Source: Octopus bimaculoides
Lineage: Eukaryota
Direction of reading: 5' to 3'
DNA: 64,000 nt
Assembly (NCBI RefSeq): GCF_001194135.2
Contig: NC_068981.1
Coordinates: forward strand, 101,949,449-102,013,448
The position numbers and the translations under genes are program-made. Numbering within the stretch: position 1 is the first letter of the stretch; each line of letters begins with the position of its first letter. This document shows, in pieces, positions 49,201-61,110 of this stretch. The notes under the pieces were generated by a model. The model saw nothing but the letters and a program-made list of their open reading frames with translations. It had not been told where the DNA came from and did no database searches.

Positions 49201-49592
49201 TGCAGGCATAGCTACATGGCAAGAAGTTTGCTTCCCAACCACATGATCCTGGGTTCAGTCCCACTGTGTGGCACCTTGGGCAAATGTCTTCTACTATAGC
49301 GTTGGGCCAAGCAAAGCCTTGTGAGTAGATTTGGTAGAAAGAAACTGAAAGAAGCCCATCATATATAACTATGTATGTGTGTGCGTCTGCTTTTGTCTTC
49401 CACCACTGCTTGACAACTAGTATTGGTTTTGTTTACGTAACCATAACTTAGTGGTTTGGCAAAAGAGAGTAATAGAATAAGTACCAGGCTTTAAAAAAGT
49501 ACTGGGGTCAATTCATTTCACTAAAGATTCTTCAAGGCAGTGCCCCAGGATGACCACAGTCTAATGACTGAAATAAGTAAAAGATAAAAGAT
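49198..49592 (+). mobile_element. SINE family A, full length
   Basis: AGGTGCAGGCATAGCT...GGGTTCAGTCCCACTGTGTGGCACCTTGGGCAAATGTCTT...CAGTCTAATGACTGAAATAAGTAAAAGATAAAAGATA. Confidence 0.85.
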
Positions 49593-49672
49593 ATATACGT
49601 ATATGTGCTTGTGTGTAAGCACAGGCATCATTGTATGGTTAAGAAGCTTGCTTGCTAACATATAGTCTTGGG

Positions 49673-49743
49673 ATTACTTTGGTACTATAGTAGAATTCCT
49701 GTCATGTCTACAGGAGATGCATGTTTGAATTCCACAAGCAGAC
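49673..49743 (+). pseudogene. tRNA-like pseudogene, unit 1 (anticodon arm resembles tRNA-Thr(TGT))
   Basis: A-box-like TGGTACTATAGTAG, anticodon stem CCTGT/ACAGG with a 7-nt loop CATGTCT, decayed B box, AAGCAG acceptor strand, and T5 at 49750-49754. Confidence 0.6.
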
Positions 49744-49926
49744 TTCAACTTTTTCTTTCCAATATTTAGAGGCTATTACTTATAGCTTTACATCTACTTC
49801 AAGACTCAATTCCTAAAAAGAATTATTTCATGTTCTCTCAAAAGTTTATAAATTCCTATGACTTCAACAACATGCAAGAGTTGCTGGTAAGAATAAATTT
49901 CTAAAATAAATAGAGAAATTCAAAGA

Positions 49927-49990
49927 ATTGCTTTGGTACTATGATAGAATTCCTATCACAGGAGATGCATGCTTGAGTTCCACAGGCAGC
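49927..49990 (+). pseudogene. tRNA-like pseudogene, unit 2 (anticodon loop deleted)
   Basis: ATTGCTT TGGTACTATGATAGAATT CCTAT C ACAGG AGAT GCATGCTTGAGTTCCAC AGGCAGC, followed by a T-run. Confidence 0.55.
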
Positions 49991-50057
49991 CTTTAATTTT
50001 TTCTATTCAAAAGGGCTTTTCTTTCCAATATATACATGCTAATTTCTATAGCTTTAC

Positions 50058-50251
50058 AAAATTGGCAAACTGCAGAATGCTTTGTGACATTTTATCCGTC
50101 TTCGTGTTCTGAGTTCAAATTCCACTGAAGTCAACTTTGCCTTTCATCCTTCCAGGATCAATAAAATAAGTATCAGTTGAATACTGGGGTCAATGTAATT
50201 GACTAAGTCCCCTCCCCCAAAATTGCTGGCCTTGTGCCAAAATTTGAAACC
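50058..50251 (+). mobile_element. SINE B in array unit 2, with a ~16-bp TSD
   Basis: Flanks AATTTCTATAGCTTTA / ATTATTTATAGTTTCA; internal head deletion. Confidence 0.8.
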
Positions 50252-50393
50252 ATTATTTATAGTTTCATATGTACTTCAAGATTCAATTACAAAACAGAAC
50301 TACGTCACAGAATTATTGAAAGTTTATAAATTCAACAACATGCAATCATTGCTGGTAAGAATAAAGTTTCGAAAAGGATAGTGAAATCTGAAG

Positions 50394-50463
50394 GATTGTT
50401 TGATACAATGGTAGAATGCCTGTCATGCATACAAGATATGAGGTTTCGAGTCCCATAAGCAGC
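50394..50463 (+). pseudogene. tRNA-like pseudogene, unit 3
   Basis: TGATACAATGGTAGAATG CCTGT CATGCAT ACAAG, B-box-like GGTTTCGAGTCCC, AAGCAGC, and T5 at 50471-50475. Confidence 0.6.
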
Positions 50464-50530
50464 TTTCAACTTTTTCTCTCCAAAAGGGTTTTTTTACCCA
50501 ATATTTACATGCCATTATTTATAGCTGTGT

Positions 50531-50730
50531 AAAATGGCAAGCTGGCAGAATTGTTAGCATGCTGGGCAAAATGCTTAGCGGTGTTTCATCTGTTTTTTTG
50601 TTCTAAGTTCAAGTTCTGCTGAGGTTGACTTTGTCTTTCACCTTTTCATCTTCTAGTTGAGCACTGGAGTCGATGTAACCAACTTACCCCCTCCCTCAAA
50701 ATGGCTGGCCCTGTACCAAAATCTGCAAAC
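50531..50730 (+). mobile_element. SINE B in array unit 3 at the homologous site
   Basis: Flanks ATTATTTTATAGCTGTG / ATTATTCATAGCTTTAT. Confidence 0.8.
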
Positions 50731-50857
50731 ATTATTCATAGCTTTATATGTATTCCGCGATACAATTCCAAAAAGAATTACTCCATGTTTTTTTGCAAGC
50801 TTATAAACTCTTATAACATCTAAGAGAGAAATAGAGAGAGAGGGGGGAAGAGAGTGA

Positions 50858-51110
50858 AGGTGCATAGCCTAGTGTTTAGGATGTTACACTCGCAACAGCA
50901 AGATTGTGGTTTCCATTCCCAGACTGACAGTGTATTTTGTTCTTGAGCAAAATGCTTCATTTGTAAATGGGCACCCCTGTCATAGACTGGTTTTCTAGCT
51001 AGGGGGAAATACTGGCCTGCCCACCTTGCCAGTGGAGTGGCAGCATTCAAAAACTACAACAATGCAAAGACGTGCAGAGGGACCTTCTGATAGCCTGGTT
51101 AAAACAGTGA
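50858..51110 (+). mobile_element. tRNA-derived SINE family D (V-domain-like body)
   Basis: Head GCATAGCCTAGTGTTTAGG...GGTTTCCATTCCCAG; body GTAAATGGGCACCCCTGTCATAGACTGG...GGGGG resembles the V-SINE domain (from memory). Confidence 0.5.
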
Positions 51111-51142
51111 GATATATGCATGCACCCCCCCCCACACACACA

Positions 51143-52037
51143 CAGGGTGATTGAAAAGTAACTCCCTATTTTAAAATACTTATAATTTATTTATTAACTA
51201 TAATTTTTTCTCAAATTTGTTGTGTATGTTCTATATTGCATGGGAATCGATTCTATATTGTTTTTTTTTTTTCAGATCAATTATTTTGTTTGAAATTTAG
51301 AAGCCCTATAAACATGGTCTGATTTCTTTAAAAATATCCTCTGGAGTGATGAAGCAGTATTCCACATTGGTGGGTTTGTGAACTGTCACAACTGCCACTA
51401 CTGGGCAGAAGAAGATCCTCGTATTACCTCTGAAAAAATGCAGAATCGGCCCAAGGTAATAGTATGGTGTAGAATGACTTCAAACAGGATTGTGGGTCCT
51501 TTCATCCTTTGCAATACCATGAATGCTGAAAGGTACCTCACCATGCAGCGAGATGAAATCTGGCCAGTTATCAGTACTTGGGAGAATATTGAAGATTTTA
51601 TTTTTATGCAAGATGGTGCTCCACCATTTTGCTATTGTTGTTTGTGAATGGCTGAATGCCCACTTCCCTGGGAGATGGATGGGTCATCGAGGTCTGCATG
51701 ATTGGCTGGCCAGAAGCCTTGATTTATCACCCTGCAACTTTTTTCTTTGGGGTTGGTTAAAGGAGCAAGTCTATTCTACCAAACCAATGAGTTTGGAAGA
51801 ACTTGAAGGGCAAATACGAGTAGTTATGTCTCCCTCACACAAAAGTTCCTGATGAAATCAGTTGATGCAGTTCCTGGGTGACTTGAGAAGCCGGTGGCAA
51901 ATGCTGGTGCCTATATCAAATTTTGAATAAAACTCCATGCTATATATGTTTTCTTCACATATTCATTTTTTTCTAAAAATTATAGTTAATAAATAAATTA
52001 TAAGTGTTTTAAAATAGGGAATTACTTTTCAATCACC

Positions 52038-52040
<3 letters not shown>
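51143..52040 (+). mobile_element. Internally deleted Tc1/mariner element, DD41D (rosa-like), both TIRs present
   Basis: ~65-bp TIRs CAGGGTGATTGAAAAGTAA...TATAATTTTT at both ends, TA on the right. Catalytic domain ILWSDEAVFH...MQDGAPPH...ARSLDLSPCNFFLWG has 41 residues between the second Asp and the decayed (Asn) third Asp after correcting a 2-nt deletion. Confidence 0.9.

Positions 52041-52092
<52 letters not shown>
52041..52092. repeat. (TA)n grown from the mariner TA target site
   Basis: Begins immediately at the right TIR. Confidence 0.9.
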
Positions 52093-52096
<4 letters not shown>

Positions 52097-52583
52097 CACT
52101 TCTGCATATCAACAGTGGTCTCTCTTTCTCTTTAAAACACACACACACACACACACAGAGTCAGAGTGTAACAAAGAAAAGATACCCCTATTAATATTAT
52201 ATATACATTATATACACATTATAAAACAGGATTTTGGGGTGATAAAATCAATTGGTAACACTTCAAAGAATTGTTTTTTGCCTCTTTTATTGCACAACCT
52301 ATGTTAGAAACCATTAAGAGACAAGTGTCGAAATATGCACCCACCCACCCATCCTAGCCACCAAAAAAACATACATAGAATTAAAAAGAAAAACAAATAG
52401 CAGCAACAACAAATAACAATTCAATGATTTAGATACATCCATTACTATTTACAAGTATTAATGAGCTAATGCCTGTTGTAAGCTGCCAAGTTTAGCTTCA
52501 TCCATTATAGAGATGGTTTGTTGTGTTGTAATGTCTCTCTATTATCAAGAATTTGTAGACCTAAGTACATGATAATGATGATG

Positions 52584-52617
<34 letters not shown>

Positions 52618-54829
52618 TAACAACCTGAAGAAGGAGGAGGTGGGTAGTAACAACAATGTGGTTGGAGAAGTTGAATATTAGAAAAGTATTGCCTGTTGTT
52701 TTCTTTTTCCGTGCAAACATTTTTTTTATTGTCCAATTCTGTGAGTAAAGTATTACAAAGACCTGAACCACACCACTTCAGACCACACACACACAAAATG
52801 GCATTTTTTCAAAGATAGTGAAATATTGTTGAATTGACAGGGTAAAAAAAAACAACAACAAAGCAGAAAAAAACAGGAAACAATATTAAAAAAAATGTAA
52901 AATAATTGTAAATATATAAACATATAGATAAAGAAAAAGAGATTCTAGTACTCATTATTGATAACACTCTTTCAGCACTTAATGAACATTAAAGTCTCCC
53001 TGAACTATAAAAGAGTTAGATGACTTGATATAAAAAAAGAAAGAAATTGGACAAACAAGGAAAAAAAAAAAAGTATTTGAAGAATATGAAGAAGAGGGGA
53101 GATGGTTAAAGAAAAGATATAAAAAAAGTAGATGAGAAAAGAATGGTAAAATATTGAATATATTTTACTTCTGAAAACAAAAGAGAAACCATTTCTTTAG
53201 CATTATGTCCTATCACCTATCTTCTTTACTCCCTTGTTTTACTTTTATTTTTGTTTCCTTTTTCAGAAAAGGGCCATTAATATTTTACCAACAAATCAAT
53301 AGAAAGAGGACTTCAAATATATATTTTTATGGTTTTCCTTTCTTTTTCTTTTTATTGATATGACTAGTTTGTTTATTTTTGGTGTACTAGAAAAAGACAG
53401 AATTGGCTCTCTTATTGTTTTACTGGTTTCACTTGACTGTTGCTAGACATATTTATTGGTAGCAATGAACAGGAATTTACACTTCCTGAAGACATACACA
53501 CAACCACCTTGTGCTTCCCTTACCCTTCCTCTAGACAAAATTCCTGTAAACAAGAGGTTGATTTCCCAAACCTTCACATTAAAATCTTTCTCCAAACCTT
53601 ACCAAAGCCATTCTCCAAAGTTTAGTAGCCAAATTTCCTTCAAATCACACCTAAGTGTGAGAAAGGATACATTAGACAATAAACTCTTGATATAGAAAAT
53701 GATGGAGTCGTTAAGAATCTACACCATTATGTTAAGACATTTTGTAAAGATTTAACACTAGCCTGATCTTGAAAACTATTTGAACTCAATACACCCACTT
53801 CAGTACCATTTGTTGGTTTTTGCAATGTCAATCAAAGGCATGCCAGCCATGAACACCACTCCACCTTTTTCTATATCAGGAGTACATTGTTTAATGTCTC
53901 CATACTTACACTAAGGTGCGAATTGAGAGAGATTTGGCAACTATTTCCAGCAGACCAAGTAACCACACAGAAACCTACTCTGCTTTTAGACTACTTACTT
54001 ACTTTGCTCCTTATTGAGCGTAAGCCATCAATGACTTCTCTTTACTGTTCTTGACTCCGGGATGCCTTTTTCTTTCTCTCCCTGGTCTTGGATTGAAATT
54101 GCCACTGATGTTTCTATAACTTTGCATCTTTTCTAGATAGACATCTTAGCCCTATGCAAACCCATTTTTACCTCTGGGAACAGGTGAGGTCCATATTAGG
54201 CTTCTTTCCTTTCGCCTGTCCAGCATGGGAGGCAATACCAAATGCTTGTGTTCTGCTATCATAGCTCACAGTGTCATTGACACATACAAGCCACCACACC
54301 AGGGGCATATATTCCAGATGTGCTAGGTGTGCACTGCACATCCATTGAAAATGGCAAAGTCATTATAAATATTTACCTTACTCATTAATTTAATCACAAA
54401 TCTTAATGGAAAACTGTTGTCATACCCCTGCTTGAAATGTGGTGGCATTGGGTGTGGCAGCACACCCAATACAACAACCACCATATGCTACTGCACCACA
54501 CCACAGCAAAACTGAACTGGTGTTGGTTTTAGATCACGAAGGTAACATAAATTACCAATTGTTTCAAAGTATCTTTCCCTGAGCAGTTCATCATTTTCAT
54601 TTCATGAGCCACTCTACTGCTAAATATTTCTGTACATCTATTTAAAACATCTGAAGAAGTACTTGCTATATGTTACTGTCAGATGTCCTTATGTTTCTAT
54701 AGTAAGCTCTGGGTTTCAGTATTTTTCACCTAATTGTAAATTAGTCTTTAATATGTTGATGTTTTGGTCTCAGAGTCTCTAAACCATTCTTGCTTTGCAA
54801 TGAATAATAAGAAGACCATGGTTAGAAAT

Positions 54830-55042
54830 ATTGGTTTGAAATTTTGGCACAAGGGCAGCAATTTTGGGGAAGGGCTAAGTCATTTACATCAACCCAGTGC
54901 TCAACTGGTACTTATTTTATCAACCCCAAAAGGATGAAGGGCAAAGTTGACCTCCGTGACATTTGAACTCAGAATGTAAAGGGATGAAATGCTACTAAGC
55001 TTTTTTGCCTGACATGCTAATGGTTCTGATAGCTTGCTGCCT
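54830..55042 (-). mobile_element. SINE family B (further plus-strand copies at about 38910-39085, 55975-56165, 59175-59375, 62735-62943)
   Basis: Family B core and GGCCTTGTGCCAAAAT tail. Confidence 0.8.
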
Positions 55043-55609
55043 TCCCATGGTTAGAATTCTTGATTGTCAGAAATATTTATAAGTCTAAATCTGTGTATTC
55101 AAACAGAATTTGCTATAGAACTACTCAACAACAACACCAGAAAGAGAAACATTAGCAACAAGACAACAACAAAAAGAACGAGAACAACAATAACTATGCA
55201 TATATTACATGTTACAACAGGCTTCTTTCAGTTTCTATGTATCAAATCCACTCACAAGACTTTGGTTGATCCAGGGCTATAACAAGACATTTATCCGAGG
55301 TGCCATACAATGGGACTGGACTTAAAACCACATAGTTATGAAGCAAACTTCTTAGCCCCCACAGCCTGCCTGCACCCATTTAAATTTTGGACATTCTATG
55401 TCCAAAAATGTGGAAGGTCACTAATAAGCTTTATTACATACACTCACATACATTTTCTTCAACAGTCTTTTTCTATTTCCAAAAAGTAGTTCACTAAATA
55501 TGAAATATTGTGCATTCAACATTGGTTAATCTCCTTTCACCATTTGTTTGCATCTAATACAATGTGAGCAGTTTCACTAAATCTAGTATTATATCTGTCT
55601 ACATCCACA

Positions 55610-55827
55610 TTAACACTTTTCATACCAAACTGCCTGAGACCGCTTCTGGTTATACAATGTAAACTTGCTGTTTAAAAGTTGTCTGGATTAAAAACTTCCA
55701 CCAATTTATGTGCTAAACACAAGCTTAATAATGACAAAAGATGCTTTACTAAATTATTCATTATTTTTTAAATAAAATGATAAGAAGGAATTGTATTTCA
55801 GTAGAAATCTGGTAACAAAATAGTTAA
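55610..55827. mobile_element. piggyBac-type MITE family 2 (fragments near 24040-24210 and 31167-31250)
   Basis: TTAA at 55610-55613 and 55824-55827, imperfect termini, internal sequence shared with the other fragments. Confidence 0.55.
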
Positions 55828-56649
55828 CTTTGTGAAATGTATGTCTTTCACAAAACACCTTCATCACAATAACATTTTGTTTCTTTATTTGCTTTTGTGA
55901 TTTAAAATAGTAGACAGTGGCATCCTGAGTTTTCTCAAAGTCACTTCAATTAAAATTAATATTTCTGTACATGAAAGTAGCAAGCTGGCAAAGTGCTTAG
56001 CAGCATTTTGTTTGCTTTTACATCTAAGCTCAAATTCCACTGAGGTTGACTTAGCCTTCCATCCTTTTGGGGTCCATAAAATAAGTACCAGTCAAATAAC
56101 AGGGTCAGTGCAATCGACTAGCCTCCTCACTTGAACTTGCTGGCCTTACACCAAAATTTGAAGATTTGAAATCAATATTTCTGTACGTAAAGTGCTATCA
56201 AATGAGAAAATTTAAACTTTTGAAATCAACGGTCCATTATCAATTTTTCTGAGAAAATGTACATCAAGCACAAATTGTAAAAGAGTTAAGAGTCTAGTGT
56301 TCATCACTTCTGCAAGCATTTCCATTATTGTCAGGGGCTTCTGTATTAGAACAAAATGACTTCAATGTTTGCACTTATGCACATTACACACACATAAACA
56401 CATACACATACTCATCATCATTTAATGTCCATTTTCCATGCTTGCATGGGTTTGATGGTTTGACAGGATCAGACAAGCAATAAAGCTGTGTTGAGCCTTA
56501 CTTTCAGGTTTGGCTTGGTTTCTACAACCGAATGCCACCCCCCCCCTCCCATTAATGCCAACCACTTTATAAAGTGTAGTGGGTGCTTTTATTATGCCAC
56601 TGGCATGAGTGAGGTTGCCAAATAACTTGCAAGGCAAGAAAAGAACAGG

Positions 56650-57095
56650 AAGAAGGAGAAAAAAAGGAAGGGAGGAAAGGATGGAAAAAAACCCCTTTGT
56701 TGAGGTGATATTTGAGAGGAGGAGGGTAATGGTTTTATGCCAGGTGTTGAGAAGCTAGAGTGTGAGGGAAGAACAAGCCCAGGTGACTTGTAATTAAGGT
56801 ACAAGGCTGAATAATTGGAAAGCTGGAAAGAAAGCAGAAGTGGTGGTAAGATAGAGGGAGGGAAGGAGATGGAATAGAGGTACATGCATGTAGTGAGTGA
56901 TAGTGAGAGATATAGGAGTGACTCGGGGAGCTATAGTAAGTGGAATGTGATGGCAGATGTGAGAGGTCATTGAGAGTGTATAGTAGATATAAGAGGTGTT
57001 AAGAATAGAGTATAGCAGAGGAGGGCAATGGCTGAAGGCAGAAAAGGAAGTGATTGGTGGAAACGGTGTAGGCAGGGATGATAATGAGAAATGGA
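56650..57095 (-). pseudogene. Highly decayed Penelope-like linker region (tentative)
   Basis: SHYHPCLHRFHQSL...LFLTPLIS resembles the PLE TYHP...FxxPP region; very degenerate. Confidence 0.3.
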
Positions 57096-57947
57096 NNNNN
57101 NNNNNNNNNNNNNNNNNNNNNNNNNNNNNNNNNNNNNNNNNNNNNNNNNNNNNNNNNNNNNNNNNNNNNNNNNNNNNNNNNNNNNNNNNNNNNNNNNNNN
57201 NNNNNNNNNNNNNNNNNNNNNNNNNNNNNNNNNNNNNNNNNNNNNNNNNNNNNNNNNNNNNNNNNNNNNNNNNNNNNNNNNNNNNNNNNNNNNNNNNNNN
57301 NNNNNNNNNNNNNNNNNNNNNNNNNNNNNNNNNNNNNNNNNNNNNNNNNNNNNNNNNNNNNNNNNNNNNNNNNNNNNNNNNNNNNNNNNNNNNNNNNNNN
57401 NNNNNNNNNNNNNNNNNNNNNNNNNNNNNNNNNNNNNNNNNNNNNNNNNNNNNNNNNNNNNNNNNNNNNNNNNNNNNNNNNNNNNNNNNNNNNNNNNNNN
57501 NNNNNNNNNNNNNNNNNNNNNNNNNNNNNNNNNNNNNNNNNNNNNNNNNNNNNNNNNNNNNNNNNNNNNNNNNNNNNNNNNNNNNNNNNNNNNNNNNNNN
57601 NNNNNNNNNNNNNNNNNNNNNNNNNNNNNNNNNNNNNNNNNNNNNNNNNNNNNNNNNNNNNNNNNNNNNNNNNNNNNNNNNNNNNNNNNNNNNNNNNNNN
57701 NNNNNNNNNNNNNNNNNNNNNNNNNNNNNNNNNNNNNNNNNNNNNNNNNNNNNNNNNNNNNNNNNNNNNNNNNNNNNNNNNNNNNNNNNNNNNNNNNNNN
57801 NNNNNNNNNNNNNNNNNNNNNNNNNNNNNNNNNNNNNNNNNNNNNNNNNNNNNNNNNNNNNNNNNNNNNNNNNNNNNNNNNNNNNNNNNNNNNNNNNNNN
57901 NNNNNNNNNNNNNNNNNNNNNNNNNNNNNNNNNNNNNNNNNNNNNNN
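57096..57947. other. Largest assembly gap (others at about 2032, 7010, 20396, 20719, 33598, 35049, 40694, 41263, 43600, 45782)
   Basis: N-runs, most flanked by (TA)n. Confidence 1.
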
Positions 57948-58024
<77 letters not shown>

Positions 58025-60197
58025 TCATGTATATATGCATGCATTTGTGTGTGTGTATGTGTGTGTATTGACTGAGCTGACATCTAATTAACCAGTTGAT
58101 TAAGTCCCCAGGAACCAATCAACATGAATTTTATCATATATTTCACTCGCAGTATTGAGTCCCCCAATGAATAAATTTCCATTGTTAGCCTTAGATTTGC
58201 TTTAAAATAATGATGTCAATTTAACATATATACATATTTATATGATTAAGTACATACATACATACATACATATACATATATTGGTTAGCATGACAAGAAT
58301 AACTCCAAGCCTTGAGAGAGTACAGAGTTTTCAACACCTAGAAGACAGAGTAATTATAGTTAATGTAAATTTGATTGCTACAGTTGCACCTCTGTTTCAC
58401 TTGTGAAAGTTCAAAACAAGAAAAAATAAAAACAAAATAAAAATCAACATGATAGCATATATATTGTATGTGTGCATGTAGGTGCAAAATTAATGATGAA
58501 AATAACATGGAAGACAAGAATGAATACAGTATAATTATTAGGTTTAAACCAAAGGAAATAGGAAATACACACACACACTCACACACACGCACACATGTGC
58601 ATGTGTTTATACATAGACAAAAACTCACACAAATGAATAGATATAAAATACATATGTATTCACACAAATACACACTCTTACATATTATATAGATACGAAT
58701 TATATTTATGCTTTACACTCAAACACACGAAATAATGAAGTAGACAGTCAGATGTAATTAATGTTAATGTTGAATGTTACACAATGAAAGAGCATTTTTG
58801 TATTTGCATGACCTGTTATAAACAGCAACCAATGTTTAAAATAGAAAAACGTGAGTCCTAAGTACACTATCTAAACAAAAATCAGAATGGTTGTTACAGT
58901 TGGATTGCTTCAGGCTAGAGACTGACTGCATGAGTTTGACCCAAAACTAAACGACAGCATTACTATTTAGCTGTTGTTGCTTAGTCTCAGGTCAAGCCTT
59001 ATTGAGCAAAGGCGTTTCAACTGTTAGAACTATCTTTTTAATCATCATCATCATCATCATCAACATTTTATCATCCTCTTTTCCATCTTTGCAGGAGTCA
59101 GATGGAATTTTGGTTTGGGAGATTTTTCTATGGCTGGGTACCCTTTCTGTTGCTAGCCCTCATTTATTTTCTGTTGCTGAAGGCGGCAAGCTACGAGGCA
59201 AAATGCTTAGTGGTATCTTTATCTTCACATTCCATGTTCAAATACCACAGAGATTGACTTTGCCTTTCATCCTTTTGGGGTCGATAAAATAAGTACCAGT
59301 TGAATACTGGGGTCGACGTAATTGACATACCTCCTCCCTCAAAATTGCTGGCCTTGTGCCAAAATCTGAAACTAATATTTCCCTGTGGCCAGATATGTTT
59401 TCATAGAAAATTGGGAAAATGAAAGACACCACTTGTATGACAGTGATGCATATTTGCAACATAAAATAAGGATGGACACACACACATGTTTGTATATATA
59501 TTTGACCTGGAGCTACAGCAGAAGACACTAGCCCAGGATGCTATGTAGTGGGGTTGAACACAAAACTTTGTTGTTGGGAAGTGACTTTTTAAGCACCATC
59601 CATGAGATGTAGAAATTCATTCGTTCAATGTGACCTTCCTTTATCTAGAGGATACAATGCAATCTCAAGTAGATCTGGCTGCTATTTGTAGCAGATCAAG
59701 TCACAATGTAGAGGCTCTTCTCACTTGCTCATAGTTTAAGGAGTAGTAAATCTAGCACAAAGAAAACAAAATATGAATGAATGAATGAAAAACAACAGAC
59801 AAAAAATAGCACAAAAAATACAGAAAGAAGCATAATAGTGCAGCGGTGTCTTGGCAAAGGGCCATCCAGCACAGTGTATGGTATGGAGGCACACACTACG
59901 TATTTCCTCTTTATAGATAAATAGCTTCACAAGTAACATTAGTTTGTAGTTATTGAGATATCTATTTTATGACAATGAAACAAACACTGGCTCTCACTTG
60001 AACATGTGCCAAAGGTCTCTTTGCAAAGAATGGCAAGACAAACAGAGCAATAAAAGAAGAAACACAAATTCAAGGGTACAAGACACTAGACATGGCATCG
60101 GAAAGATGAAGAGAGAACGAGAAAGGTGGAGACAAAGTGAGTGCAATAAAAGTATGTGCGTGTGTATATAGTTTTTTTCTCATTTATTGTGACAAAC

Positions 60198-60241
<44 letters not shown>

Positions 60242-60555
60242 TGTATATATTTTAAAATTATTTTTTATATATTTTTCATTTTGTCCTGCCTGCCTAAGCT
60301 CTGGTATTTTTGCTGAATTCGTGATTGGGTCGTTGATGACCTCTTTCTAGCATATTGGATGTCCACCTAATGGTCATCCCTTCTTATACGCATGTAATAC
60401 AATTTTTCTGAATTATCAGATTTTTTATATGCTAGACCACTGGTTTTAAATTGAAATTAATATTCAATTTATCACCCTCAGTATATAAATATATATATAT
60501 ATTATTAGTACACACATGCATATGCACATAGACATACATGCACACATGTGTGTAT

Positions 60556-60711
60556 AGGTGCAGGTTATGGTTGTGTGGGTACAAAGCTGACTCTGCCGCT
60601 ATGAGTTATATCTCATGGCATACCACCTTGCACAAGTGTCTTCAAGTGCAGCCTTGGCGTGGCCAATGCCTTGTGAGAAAAATTGGTAGACAGAAACTGT
60701 ATGGAACCCAG

Positions 60712-60755
<44 letters not shown>

Positions 60756-61110
60756 ATATAAGAAATTTGCTTCCCAACCACATGGTTCCAGGTTTATTTC
60801 CACTCCATGGCACCTTGGGCCGACCAAAGCTTTGTGAGTGGATTTGGTAGACAAAAGCAGACAGAAGCTCATTATGTGTGTGTGTGTTTGTACATGTCTT
60901 TATGTCAGTGTTTGTTGCCCACCACCACTTGAAAACACCTTGTTGGTGTCTTTAAATCCCTGTAACTTAGCAGCTTGGCAAAAGAGACTGATAGAAAAAA
61001 TACCAGGCTTAAAAAGAAAATAAATACTGAGGTCAACTAGTTTGACTAAATTTCCTCAAGGTGGTGCCCCAGCATGGCTGCAGTCTAATGACTGAAACAA
61101 GTAAAAGAGT
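60556..61110 (+). mobile_element. Two SINE A copies in tandem (head+CORE 60556-60715; second copy about 60760-61110)
   Basis: Two GCCTTGTGAG...TTGGTAGAC CORE segments separated by (TA)n, with one tail. Confidence 0.75.

Noticed and set aside
56794-58118. Longest ORFs in the track (326-429 aa) and similar ORFs at 6877-7520, 33478-34164, 34978-35344, 43559-43921
   Set aside because: They consist of X residues from N-gaps plus microsatellite translation.
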